Source: Candidatus Cloacimonadales bacterium
Lineage (GTDB): Bacteria > Cloacimonadota > Cloacimonadia > Cloacimonadales > DAONDQ01
Assembly: GCA_963662275.1 (NCBI GenBank)
Contig: OY759316.1
Coordinates: 2,400,001-2,464,000 of the forward strand
Reading direction: 5' to 3'
DNA: 64,000 nt
Below are positions 40,628-51,368 of this stretch, in pieces. Every line of letters begins with the position of its first letter. Position 1 is the first letter of the stretch. The notes beneath the pieces are model-generated. The model did no database searches, was not told the DNA's origin, and was given only the letters and a program-made list of their open reading frames with translations. The position numbers and the translations under genes are program-made.

Positions 40628-41012
40628 TTCCAAGCGTATAATGAGCATTAATTCTTTTTATTAATACCTGTTTTTCTTAATATTATTTGCAACGCCTATT
40701 ATCAAGTAATAAAAAAATATCTTGACTTGATTTGTAATAGAATTTAGAAATGATTTATAAAAATAATTAACGCTGAAAGAGGTAATACTAAGTAATCTTG
40801 CTCCCCCACAACATACAATTTATTCACGCTATTTTTAATTGAAATTCATAGTCCATCCATGTTTGATTTATAGGAGGAATACTGTTCCTGTTGGGTTATT
40901 GCCAGATTACTTCTCCAGGACAAAGAGATAATTACGTGCAAGATTTTTTCCAATTCACAGCGAATGTTTGCTGTTGGATTAGCACTATAACAAGATGCGA
41001 TGAGGAGAAAAA

Positions 41013-43217
41013 ATGCGAAACACGACGTTACTAATATGCCTATTCTTAGCCCTATTCCCCATATTTTGCCAAGCCATTTATCATGAAGATTGTCTGATAC
41101 CGGATTTCACAAATGAGACAATTAATCGGGATAATCTACTATATTTCAGTGGCGGTATATTATTCAGGGACTTCAGAATCTACGATATGACAGATTTGAG
41201 CAATCCCGTTATGCTCTCTACGACAAATATCCCTTGTTTAAACGGTACTACATGGCGGATGGCATTGCAGGATAATATTATTTATACAACTTGTAATTCA
41301 GATAGTCTATATTTGACAATCCTGGATGTAGCGAATCCTATGCAACCACAGATTTTGAGCAGAAGATGTTTTAGTATGGATCCTTACAATCTGATTGTGC
41401 AAGGTCATATTGTATATCTGACAAGCCATGATAATTATCTACATATCATTGATGTCTCTGATCTACAAAATCCAATTCAAATTAACTCAATTGCTTTAGG
41501 AGACTCCACGCAACATATTGGTGAAATGAAACTCAAGGATCATTCTCTCTACATAGCGATGAACACCATTTTAAAGATATACGATATCACAAATGCAGAG
41601 CAACCCGCATTTATTGGTGAATATCCAACAACTCCGTATAAGTATCATTTAACAATTGGAGACAGTAAGGCTTATCTGTCTGGATCATCATCAGATTCAA
41701 CCGGTATCGAAATAATAGATGTAAGTAATTCAGAGAATATTCATCAAATTGGGACGATACAGAATGTTTCGGGAGAAATATTTTATTCTGATAATCATTT
41801 GTACACATGTCATGATACCAGAGTCTCAAATTTCGATGTCTCTGACCCAAACAACCCAATTCTGCTTGGTTTCTATGAAAATCCCTTGGGATTGGGAATC
41901 AGCGATGTACGAAATGGATATGTGTATGCGCAAAGCTTGTATAATTTCCTACGTATCAATATGAATGATCCTTCAAATCAAGTACTAATGGGTAAGTATG
42001 AATCGCCCATTGATCCTGCCAGCGTACAAATACAAGGAAATAAGGCAATTTTTAGATTACATTCACAATATGACAATATTGTTGGAACAGAATATTCCCT
42101 GCAGATACTGGATATTACCCAAACCAATCAGATTCAACATACTAGCACAATTTCAAGTACAAATTATATCACACCTATCAAAATTATAGGTCAATATGCT
42201 TACGTCATCAATTACAGTAATTCAGCGCTACTTATATATAATATCTCTGATCCTCATGAACCATTATTGGTACACTCCATGGGGATACTTCTTGAAGGAG
42301 CTGCTATTAGAAGAATGGAAGTAGTGGAAAATAGAGCTTACTTACTAAGTATGCATACTCTTTATGTTTTGGACATAGCGGATGTAAGTAATCCCAGCAT
42401 CCTTGGTCAGCTTCCTCAATATGATTATAATATGGTTGACCTGAGAATGAGCGATAATATAGCCTATGTCGCCACCGATGACGGAGGCATTAATCTGTAT
42501 GACATCTCCAATCCAACTTCAATAAGCGCTTTGGGAAGGTTTACTAATCCTGTCGAAAATAGCGCATTGCGTTTTTTCGAGATGTCCGGAGAAATTGCCT
42601 ATCTAGCTGCCAAAAATAATGGAGTTCAGGTTGTGAACCTGCAAGACCCAGCAAATCCAGTGCTGGTTCAAACAATCAAACCCACAACCGACATATGTGT
42701 TACACCAATTGCCATATATAATCATTATCTGTTTTTTGGTGATGATTACCGGAATATTATCTATTCCTATGATATTAGCAACCCGTTGCAGCCCGTTTTT
42801 CATCATAGTTTGATATGGAATCAAATGACTGATGTCTTAAGTTCGAATAACAATAGAATCTACTCGATCAGCAGCACAAGTATCAATGATTTATCCTTGT
42901 CAGAAGGATTCTCACCCATTCAAGATCAGACGATTCCCACAGAGTCAATGAGTTTGAGTAATTACCCGAACCCCTTTAACCCAGAAACGAAACTTTCATT
43001 TACATTGGCAAAACAGACTTTTGTCAAATTAGAGGTATATAATGTACGAGGACAAAAAATAAAAGCACTAGCTTCTGAATCTATGTCTGCCGGTAAACAT
43101 CAGATTTCCTGGGATGGAAAAGACGATTTTGGGAAACCTGTAGCTTCAGGTATGTACTTCTCCCGCCTGGAGACACCAAGTCAAAAGGTAACCCGGAAGA
43201 TGTTGCTGCTCAAATAA
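41013..43217 (+). CDS. Secreted LVIVD-repeat protein with FlgD-Ig CTD
   Basis: Repeated L.I.D(V/I)S(N/D)P..P; NYPNPFNPET...WDGKD...SGMYF. Confidence 0.9.
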   Translation: MRNTTLLICLFLALFPIFCQAIYHEDCLIPDFTNETINRDNLLYFSGGILFRDFRIYDMTDLSNPVMLSTTNIPCLNGTTWRMALQDNIIYTTCNSDSLYLTILDVANPMQPQILSRRCFSMDPYNLIVQGHIVYLTSHDNYLHIIDVSDLQNPIQINSIALGDSTQHIGEMKLKDHSLYIAMNTILKIYDITNAEQPAFIGEYPTTPYKYHLTIGDSKAYLSGSSSDSTGIEIIDVSNSENIHQIGTIQNVSGEIFYSDNHLYTCHDTRVSNFDVSDPNNPILLGFYENPLGLGISDVRNGYVYAQSLYNFLRINMNDPSNQVLMGKYESPIDPASVQIQGNKAIFRLHSQYDNIVGTEYSLQILDITQTNQIQHTSTISSTNYITPIKIIGQYAYVINYSNSALLIYNISDPHEPLLVHSMGILLEGAAIRRMEVVENRAYLLSMHTLYVLDIADVSNPSILGQLPQYDYNMVDLRMSDNIAYVATDDGGINLYDISNPTSISALGRFTNPVENSALRFFEMSGEIAYLAAKNNGVQVVNLQDPANPVLVQTIKPTTDICVTPIAIYNHYLFFGDDYRNIIYSYDISNPLQPVFHHSLIWNQMTDVLSSNNNRIYSISSTSINDLSLSEGFSPIQDQTIPTESMSLSNYPNPFNPETKLSFTLAKQTFVKLEVYNVRGQKIKALASESMSAGKHQISWDGKDDFGKPVASGMYFSRLETPSQKVTRKMLLLK

Positions 43218-43302
43218 CCTAGCATTGACTGGCAGTGGCAATCCCTAACATAAGTAGAATTCGACAATACCATTGTCTCATACTACAGTTTACCAAACTA
43301 TG

Positions 43303-46275
43303 CTACTTAGCTTGTTTCAGGATTGTCACTGTCAAAGGATTCAATTCTATAGAATGACCAGAGATCATTCTTACTCCAGAAAGATTGGAAACCTTGCTGA
43401 TACCTGCTTCATCATCATCTACAATAATCTCTGAACTTGATAAATCCAAATTCGTATTGAACTGTCTTTGCCTATTATCTGCATTGACAAATACAAAGTA
43501 CTTTGTCCCGTCAGTTGCCGTACACTGGTAGGCAATCGCCACGTCATTAGATTTGATATCAGGGCTTTGAATCATTTGAACATTAGAACGCACTAATGTC
43601 TCAGTTCCCAACCTGAAGGCATCTGTTGAACGTCTGAGTTTAATCAAACCGGAAGTATAATTCATCGTTAGTTGTGATACTCCAGGTGTAGTTACTTTTT
43701 CCCAATCGAACTTATTCAGAGCATCTGAAGAATCGTAGGTATCCTGGATGAAATATGGATACTGCAAGCCTTGAACCGTGGTATATTTATCCTGTGGTTT
43801 ACCTTCAGCACGCCATTGCTTGGTTCTGCCATATTCCTGTCCTGCATGTAGGAAAGCAATTCCCTGGCTTGTTAGAACTATAGCATTTCCGATGCGTAAT
43901 CGTTTCTGGATTTCATTCTCATCAGCCTGGATATCAGGGTCTTTCTTCAGTGTAACGGCAATGATATCATGAACTGTCAGATTGTCATGCGCTTCGATGT
44001 ACTGAACGACATCACCGGGGTCATCTTCTTTCATATTGACAGGTTTACCGATTAGATCATTGAAAATCATTTGAATATTACGAGCACCACCTGTAATAAA
44101 ACGAGGCTGTCCTTCACTGCCAAAACCTGATTTGAGTTCATTACGGAATTCATCCGAAAAACAGGCGGCTGCATCGCTCTGGCTAACCCAATCCTGGTCA
44201 GCAGCTACACGTTTATCGCCATCATCACCGCTATAGGTTTTCCAACCTTCGCCAATAAAGACAATATTCGGATTTAACTGGCTTGTTTTGTTATATGCAA
44301 GCTGAACTGTCTCTGCATCTAAATCCCCCATCAGGTCAAAACGGAAACCATCAACCTTATATTCACTCACCCAATAGATCATAGAATCTGTGATCAATTT
44401 GCGAGTCATGTAATGAGTCGTACCGGGTCTGCCACCGCCGTAACTTAATTTTGGCTTTCCATCCTTATCCATGAAATGGTAATAATTGGGAACTATATCT
44501 TCCAGGATAGAAAGCTTGGCTGTGTGATTATAAACAGCATCCAGGATTACACCCATTCCTCTTTTATGGATTTCATTAATCAATTCTTTCAATTCAGTAA
44601 TACGTAATTGAGGATCAGAGGAATTGGTAGAGTACATACCTTCGGGAGTAAAGTAATTATGAGGATCATATCCCCAATTGTAATTATTGTTTTGGGTTGA
44701 GTATTGTGTTTCACGAATACCATTCTTCATTTCAGTACCGAAATAGTAGTTCATAATAGGGAGTAATTGCACATGAGTCACACCCAGGGATTTAATATAG
44801 TCCAGTTTCTCAATAAATGCCTTATAAGTGCCGAATTGTGCTTTTGTTGTGATACTGGGGTCTGATGTGAAATCACGGACATGTACTTCATAGATAATCG
44901 TATCTTCTCTCTTTGTGAAACCGTCGATATTTGCATACTGAAGCTTTACTCCAATTGCTGAAGGATTCACAATGGCAGCTTTTCCCGCAGTATCTTTGCT
45001 TTCACTGTTAAAGGCAGCCATGGATTTAGCATATGGATCCAGTACTTCTTTAGTAATACCCTGGTTTGTCACAGAATAAGAGTAACATTGCTCAAGCAGA
45101 TCTTCACTCAGTTTTGTACTCCAAACACCTTTATCCCCTTTTACCATAGTGACTCGCTTATAGGAATTAGCAGATTCTTCACCTTTATGGAAAAGATTCA
45201 ATACAACGGCAGAAGCCAAAGGTGACCAGAGCTTGAATTCCGTGCTTGTTGGTGTATAGAAACATCCCAGTTCACCATCATAGCTGAATAATGCATCGAT
45301 GCTTTTCCAATCCGTACCTGAATTGGCAATCATCTCTCCACATTTGATTTGATACTTTTGAGCTATGTCTAATTTCTCCTTCATCTGAAGGACTACTTTT
45401 GTATCGTTAATTGGTATTTGTTTCAGGATTGTGATAGCTTTATCATTGAGTAAGACTTGCATGTTGCCTTGATACTTTGATCTGAACTCAACGGTAATCT
45501 CATTTTCAGAAGTAATCGTTGCCTTTTCAATCCGATTAGCTGTGTTTTTTTGCACATCATCATATTTCGTATAAACAGCAGGATCAGTTGTAATAACATA
45601 TGCTTCTTTATTGAGAGCTGGAAGAGGAAACTTACGGTCAGCTCCAACATCTTTCTGATCACCGTTATGTACGATAAAGTTCAATGTACCAGTGCCTTTG
45701 TAGAGAATATCCCAATAAACTCCTTTATCCGAAGTACCAGATGGCTTTAGAGCTGCATTCCAGTTTGCTGTGGTTCCATCATAGCCATCTCCCCAAACAT
45801 GCAATCCCCAACCTGTGTATTGATTGTCAAAACGAATGTAATATAAACGTACTGATTTGTTCGCTTGCCCGGGAGCTATCTTCACCATATCAGAGGCATT
45901 TGCCTGCGCATCAGCAAGAGAAAGGTAAGTGCTGGCGTCTTCCGTAATTGTCCAGATCGCTTTATTGGTTTTTGGATCTGGATATGTTCGGTCTCCATCA
46001 GGATCTTTCTGGTCACCTTTATGAATGATGAACTGTATATCACCGGTACCGGAATATGTTATCTCCCAAACAGCACCATATTCAGAGATTGATTTTGGTT
46101 GAAGAGCTTTGCTCCATTCAACAGCTTCTCCGGCATAGCCACTACCCCATACATGCAAACCCCAACCGGTATATTGTTTATCATACCGATGATAATTGAT
46201 TTGCAGGGTTTCAGCAAAGAGCACACTGCTTAAGAATACCAACAATAGTATTGAACATAAGATAGATATTTTCAT
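43303..46275 (-). CDS. pulA: Secreted type I pullulanase (GH13) with two N-terminal CBM41-like modules
   Basis: Duplicated Y.R.D.QYTGWGLHVWG; YNWGYDP; DGFRFDLMG; GEGW; EAHDNLT. Confidence 0.93.
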   Translation of the reverse strand: MKISILCSILLLVFLSSVLFAETLQINYHRYDKQYTGWGLHVWGSGYAGEAVEWSKALQPKSISEYGAVWEITYSGTGDIQFIIHKGDQKDPDGDRTYPDPKTNKAIWTITEDASTYLSLADAQANASDMVKIAPGQANKSVRLYYIRFDNQYTGWGLHVWGDGYDGTTANWNAALKPSGTSDKGVYWDILYKGTGTLNFIVHNGDQKDVGADRKFPLPALNKEAYVITTDPAVYTKYDDVQKNTANRIEKATITSENEITVEFRSKYQGNMQVLLNDKAITILKQIPINDTKVVLQMKEKLDIAQKYQIKCGEMIANSGTDWKSIDALFSYDGELGCFYTPTSTEFKLWSPLASAVVLNLFHKGEESANSYKRVTMVKGDKGVWSTKLSEDLLEQCYSYSVTNQGITKEVLDPYAKSMAAFNSESKDTAGKAAIVNPSAIGVKLQYANIDGFTKREDTIIYEVHVRDFTSDPSITTKAQFGTYKAFIEKLDYIKSLGVTHVQLLPIMNYYFGTEMKNGIRETQYSTQNNNYNWGYDPHNYFTPEGMYSTNSSDPQLRITELKELINEIHKRGMGVILDAVYNHTAKLSILEDIVPNYYHFMDKDGKPKLSYGGGRPGTTHYMTRKLITDSMIYWVSEYKVDGFRFDLMGDLDAETVQLAYNKTSQLNPNIVFIGEGWKTYSGDDGDKRVAADQDWVSQSDAAACFSDEFRNELKSGFGSEGQPRFITGGARNIQMIFNDLIGKPVNMKEDDPGDVVQYIEAHDNLTVHDIIAVTLKKDPDIQADENEIQKRLRIGNAIVLTSQGIAFLHAGQEYGRTKQWRAEGKPQDKYTTVQGLQYPYFIQDTYDSSDALNKFDWEKVTTPGVSQLTMNYTSGLIKLRRSTDAFRLGTETLVRSNVQMIQSPDIKSNDVAIAYQCTATDGTKYFVFVNADNRQRQFNTNLDLSSSEIIVDDDEAGISKVSNLSGVRMISGHSIELNPLTVTILKQAK

Positions 46276-46557
46276 AGTTCCTACTCCAACATACGTATTT
46301 GTTTATGATGCAAGATACTTATTATAATGATTGAATTAGCGTCCAGATAATAATTTACATTGATAGGAAATGGAAGAGAAAACTAATCCATTATAAGATA
46401 AATCAAAAGTATTAATATATTGACAGGATTTTATACATTTTGCATTTTAACCAATCTGGTTGTAGGAAATTAAAAATTACTTAGACTAATATAGTGTGTA
46501 GTATAGACTTAACCCATTTTTCAATCATTTTACTGAAACAAATAAATAAATTGAAGG

Positions 46558-49500
46558 ATGTCTATTATGTTTTACAAATCTTTAATTCTACTTTTCCTAT
46601 TAACAGTCCTCTCAACTTTATGCTATTCTACAGCGACAACTGACTATTTTCGATCAAATGGGTCTGGGTCATGGGCTAATGCAGGTACATGGCAATCTTC
46701 TTCTGATAATTCAAACTGGGTTCCATCCACATTAGCACCTACAACAGCAGCGAACACTATCACAATTCGTAGTGGAAACATAGTCACCGTTGATGCTACA
46801 CTCTCTACTGATCAGACGACTGTAGATGCTGAAGGAGAAATTGATGTCAGTAGTGGTATAACCATGACAATTGCAAATGGCAGTGGTACAGACATGACAG
46901 TCAATGGTATCTTCAGAAACAATGCAGGAACTATTACAACGACTGGAGCTACCTTATCTTTCGGTAGTGGCGGAAAATATCAACATAATTATGTTACTGC
47001 TTCGGGTGCAATTCCTCTTGCAACTTGGAATGCTGCATCAACTTGTGAAATCATCGGTTATGCAACCTGGTCAAATCCCCCTTCTAATCTAGGACAAAGC
47101 TTCGGTAATTTTACCTGGAATTGTCCTTCACAAAACGGAAATATCAGTGCTGGTGGTGCCTTAACTTCAATAGCTGGCAATTTAACTATTGCCAGTACCG
47201 GTGCATCTGCAAAGGAATTTCGATTAGCTGCAACAACGTCACCAACATTAAATATCGGTGGTAATTTAATCCTTTCGGGTGGAACGCTGAATCTGAGTTC
47301 CGGTACAGGGAGCCCGGTTATTAATGTTGCAGGTTACTTGATGATTTCAAATGGAATATTAAACATGAGTTCCAGTTCTGGAAGTAGTACTATTAATTTA
47401 TCCGGGAATTATACAATGACAGGAGGTAATTTAACTGAGACAGGATCTGGTGCTGCCAATAGCTTCAATTTCGCAGGAACAATACCACAGATAATTTCGT
47501 TGACAGGTACACAGATCATCAGCAATACAATCAATTTTACTGTGAATAGCAGCGCAATAGTACAATTTGAAACATCTTCCACTGTTTTGGGTGGATCTGA
47601 TGGTTCTTTTACTGCAGCCACGACATCAACATTAATGATAAAACATCCAAACGGTATCACTGCTTCTGGTACATCGGGGTGTATTCAGACCACTGGTACC
47701 CGAACATTTAATGTTGCTGCTAATTATACTTATAATGGCAACAGCATGCAATATACAGGAAATGGGTTACCAACAGCCGTCAATAATCTAACTATTAACA
47801 ATATTGCAGGGGTAACCTTATCTGCTTCTTGTTCAGTAAGTGGTTTAATCTTATCAACACCACTAACAATTGGCTCCAATGTTTTAAGTATTGCCGGAAG
47901 TGTTTCCGGCACAGGCGGTTTAATTGGGGGCTCTACTTCAAATCTCAGTGTCAGTGGCAGTGGTTCTATTGTATTGCCTGTAATTTCTTCGGGATTGAAT
48001 AATTTTAGTGTGACACGATCGAATGGCGTTACCCTCGGATGTTCAGTTACTGTAAGCGGGACATTTACTTTTACGAGCGGAACTTCATTAACCTTAGATG
48101 TAGGAATCTATACACTTACAATCAATGGAACTGCCAGATTTAATGCTACCAATTATATAACTGGAGCAGGTAGTTTCATTCTAACAAGCGGAGCTACGCT
48201 TCAAACGTCCAATTCGTTGGGAATTATTGGTGGTAGCAGTCCCCAAGGAAGTGTGCAAACTGTTACTCGTAATTTTGACACAAGTGCCAATTACACATTT
48301 AGTGCTACAAGTACAAACATTAATACTGGAGGGGGATTACCTTCTGCTGTCAACAATCTAACTATAAGTGGTCCGTATGCAGTATATTTATCCACATGGG
48401 CATGTACAGTTAACGGAATATTAACTGTTACAAATAGTGTTTTCTATGTTGCAGGCGGGCAAGTACTTTCAGTACATGGAACTGCTGTCTTTGATGCGAC
48501 TAGTACTATATACAGTTTATCATCCGGAAGTGTTTTTCAATTAGAAAGTGGAGCTACACTTAAAACAGCTAATGTAGATGGAATTAGAGCTTCAGGGGCT
48601 TATGGGAGCATTCAAACTACAATACGTTCTTATGATACTGGAGCTAATTATACATATAATGGAACTTCAGCCCAAACAACGGGAACTGGTTTACCTGCTA
48701 ATGTACATGATCTAACAATTATTAATCCAGCCGGGGTTACATTAACCTATTCATGTGCTGTTGAAGGTACATTTACTTTATCTTCAGGAAATATTGATTC
48801 TAATTCAAAAACACTTACGATTAACGGGACAGCCATTTTCAATGCTTCAAATTATGTGAGTGGTGCTGGAAGCTTTGTTTTAGCCAGTGGGGCAAACCTT
48901 CAAACAGCTAATCCACAAGGTATTACTTCGAGTGGATCTGGAAGCGTACGAACAACCACAAGTACTTTCAGTACAAGTGCCAATTATGTCTATAACGGCA
49001 TTGCAACACAAGTTACTGGAAGCAGTTTACCGGCAACCGTTAACAATCTGACGATCAGTAATAATGCCGGAATATCATTGTCTAACTCATGTTCTGTCAG
49101 CTCTGTTTTAACCTTAACCACACCATTGACTATTGGAGCTTATACTCTGACAATTGCCGGTTCAATTTCCGGTACAGGGGGATTAGTTGGCGGTAATTCA
49201 TCCAATCTTTCTATAAATGGTACCGGTCCAATTGTTATACCTTCTGTAATATCTTTAAATAATCTAATTATCAATCGAACAGGCGTTGTTTCTCTGGTCT
49301 ATTCACTTAGCGTGAACGGATCTCTAATATTATTAACAGATCTTACTATCGGTGCATACTCTTTAACAATTTCTGGTTCAATTCCAACTGTTATCGGTGG
49401 TCTCATCAGTGGAAGCAGTTCCGATCTAGTTATTGGTGGAAGTGGTGCCTTGATATTACCTGCCATTACTTCTGGTTTGCGGAATTTATCAATCAATAGA

Positions 49501-51309
49501 AGCGGTACTGTTACACTTGGAAGCTCGCTTTCAATAAGTAATACACTAACATTGACTTCCGACCTGTCGATAGGTTCAAACACACTGACAATCAACGGTA
49601 CAATTCCATCCAGTACAGGTGGTCTTATAGGAGGAAGCTCTTCTAATATTGTTATTGATGGCAGCACTGTCATGACAATGCCTTCTATTACTTCAGGATT
49701 GCATGATTTAACAATTAATAGAAGTGGTGGAGTTACACTTGCTAATTCCTTATCCATCGGAGGAGAACTTACTTTAACAAATGGTACCTTGGCAGCAGGT
49801 TCTTTTCTGAACATGGCTACAGGATCGACAGTTTTAAGAAGTAACGGTTTGTTGACAGGAACGATACAAGGCAGCGGGATCTATTCAGTTGTTTATACAG
49901 GTACTGATAAATCAACAGGGTATGAATTGACTGGCAGCGGTCTTGGAAACCTGACAATTCATTTGGATAGTGGTAGTACTTTAACGCTTGATCGATCAGT
50001 TACTGTGGATAATGATGAATTATTGACCTTCATACAAGGTTCAATCACGCTAGCAAATTATAATCTTACTATTAATGGAAGTTATGCAGGAACAAATCAA
50101 TTTATCTATAATGGTACCGGCATATTGGGCGGAGGAAATATAGGCAGCAATGCTAACGTACAGATTTCATTATCTTCCCCTGCTTCTATCCCTGCTGTGG
50201 TTAACACTCTTGAAATCTCACCCGGTTCAGGAAATACAATTACTTTACCTGGGGATGTAACAACAACTTCGCTCATCTTTACTAATGGCAGTTTAGCATT
50301 CAATAGCCATATTCTTTCACTGGCCGGGAAAGATTTTGCTGTTCAAGGATCGAATAGCATTTCTGCTTTGAACATCAGTATGTCACCAACATCACACACA
50401 TTCTCCGGATATACAAGCATTCCTCATACCTGGCAAACCAATAGTATCTTCAATGGAACAGTGGATATTTTTCTCACCTACCCTTCCTCTTTATCGATTT
50501 CACCGAAAATGAAAGTATATAACAGAAATCATTCGGATGGAGAAACAAACTGGAATTTCATCGCTCTATTGGATTCCAATGATCATGATACCTATAGGTC
50601 TGTTCATCTGACAGGAATTACTACTTTGAATGGTTCTGCTAAAGGTGATCTTGATTGGACTCTTGTTGAACCGGATCAGGATTTACCTGTGGAATTAACT
50701 TCCTTTACTGCGATATCTTCTACTTCTCAGTTGTTGGTGACTTTACAATGGACTTCAGGATCTGAAACTAATAACCTGGGGTTCAATATTATAAGGTCGA
50801 ATAACGCAGATCTTTCAAATGGTGTATGCCTGAATGCAAATATTATACAAGGTACTAATACATCTCAAAATCATACATATCATTTCTCTGATCTGACTGT
50901 TGAAGCTTCCAATACATATTACTACTGGCTCGAAAATATCGATTACAGCGGTATTAGTATGTACAACGGACCCGTTATAGTTCAGGTACTTGAACAGGAA
51001 AATCCTGATAATCCTCCTGTAATACCGGTTGAATTCACTCTTTTAGATAAAGCATATCCAAATCCTTTCAACCCGGAAACCAATATTTCCTTTCAATTGA
51101 AAACACCAAGTTTTGTAAATATTACGATTTATGATATTAAGGGACAAAAAATACAGACACTTACTTCTAGGAATTGGGAATTGGGAAGGCATAATCTTGT
51201 TTGGTGTGGAACTGATGAAAAAGGAAATGCTGTTAGTAGCGGTATCTATTTCTATCGAATGATTGCGGGTAAGTACTCTTCAACCAAGAAAGTCGTTCTA
51301 GTGAAGTAA
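46558..51309 (+). CDS. Giant repetitive beta-helical surface protein A with LPVELTSF module and FlgD-Ig CTD
   Basis: Signal peptide; two kinds of internal repeat (about 95 and about 70 aa); DLPVELTSF; AYPNPFNPET. Confidence 0.9.
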   Translation: MSIMFYKSLILLFLLTVLSTLCYSTATTDYFRSNGSGSWANAGTWQSSSDNSNWVPSTLAPTTAANTITIRSGNIVTVDATLSTDQTTVDAEGEIDVSSGITMTIANGSGTDMTVNGIFRNNAGTITTTGATLSFGSGGKYQHNYVTASGAIPLATWNAASTCEIIGYATWSNPPSNLGQSFGNFTWNCPSQNGNISAGGALTSIAGNLTIASTGASAKEFRLAATTSPTLNIGGNLILSGGTLNLSSGTGSPVINVAGYLMISNGILNMSSSSGSSTINLSGNYTMTGGNLTETGSGAANSFNFAGTIPQIISLTGTQIISNTINFTVNSSAIVQFETSSTVLGGSDGSFTAATTSTLMIKHPNGITASGTSGCIQTTGTRTFNVAANYTYNGNSMQYTGNGLPTAVNNLTINNIAGVTLSASCSVSGLILSTPLTIGSNVLSIAGSVSGTGGLIGGSTSNLSVSGSGSIVLPVISSGLNNFSVTRSNGVTLGCSVTVSGTFTFTSGTSLTLDVGIYTLTINGTARFNATNYITGAGSFILTSGATLQTSNSLGIIGGSSPQGSVQTVTRNFDTSANYTFSATSTNINTGGGLPSAVNNLTISGPYAVYLSTWACTVNGILTVTNSVFYVAGGQVLSVHGTAVFDATSTIYSLSSGSVFQLESGATLKTANVDGIRASGAYGSIQTTIRSYDTGANYTYNGTSAQTTGTGLPANVHDLTIINPAGVTLTYSCAVEGTFTLSSGNIDSNSKTLTINGTAIFNASNYVSGAGSFVLASGANLQTANPQGITSSGSGSVRTTTSTFSTSANYVYNGIATQVTGSSLPATVNNLTISNNAGISLSNSCSVSSVLTLTTPLTIGAYTLTIAGSISGTGGLVGGNSSNLSINGTGPIVIPSVISLNNLIINRTGVVSLVYSLSVNGSLILLTDLTIGAYSLTISGSIPTVIGGLISGSSSDLVIGGSGALILPAITSGLRNLSINRSGTVTLGSSLSISNTLTLTSDLSIGSNTLTINGTIPSSTGGLIGGSSSNIVIDGSTVMTMPSITSGLHDLTINRSGGVTLANSLSIGGELTLTNGTLAAGSFLNMATGSTVLRSNGLLTGTIQGSGIYSVVYTGTDKSTGYELTGSGLGNLTIHLDSGSTLTLDRSVTVDNDELLTFIQGSITLANYNLTINGSYAGTNQFIYNGTGILGGGNIGSNANVQISLSSPASIPAVVNTLEISPGSGNTITLPGDVTTTSLIFTNGSLAFNSHILSLAGKDFAVQGSNSISALNISMSPTSHTFSGYTSIPHTWQTNSIFNGTVDIFLTYPSSLSISPKMKVYNRNHSDGETNWNFIALLDSNDHDTYRSVHLTGITTLNGSAKGDLDWTLVEPDQDLPVELTSFTAISSTSQLLVTLQWTSGSETNNLGFNIIRSNNADLSNGVCLNANIIQGTNTSQNHTYHFSDLTVEASNTYYYWLENIDYSGISMYNGPVIVQVLEQENPDNPPVIPVEFTLLDKAYPNPFNPETNISFQLKTPSFVNITIYDIKGQKIQTLTSRNWELGRHNLVWCGTDEKGNAVSSGIYFYRMIAGKYSSTKKVVLVK

Positions 51310-51368
51310 GGGCAAATCTATGACTCAGATAATCGTCATAAGTGATTACTACAGATTGGAGTTTTAAA

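Noticed and set aside
40789..40912. Riboswitch in the long leader of the LVIVD gene
   Set aside because: Only a 9-bp complementary pair (AAGTAATCT/AGATTACTT) was seen, with no recognisable aptamer consensus.
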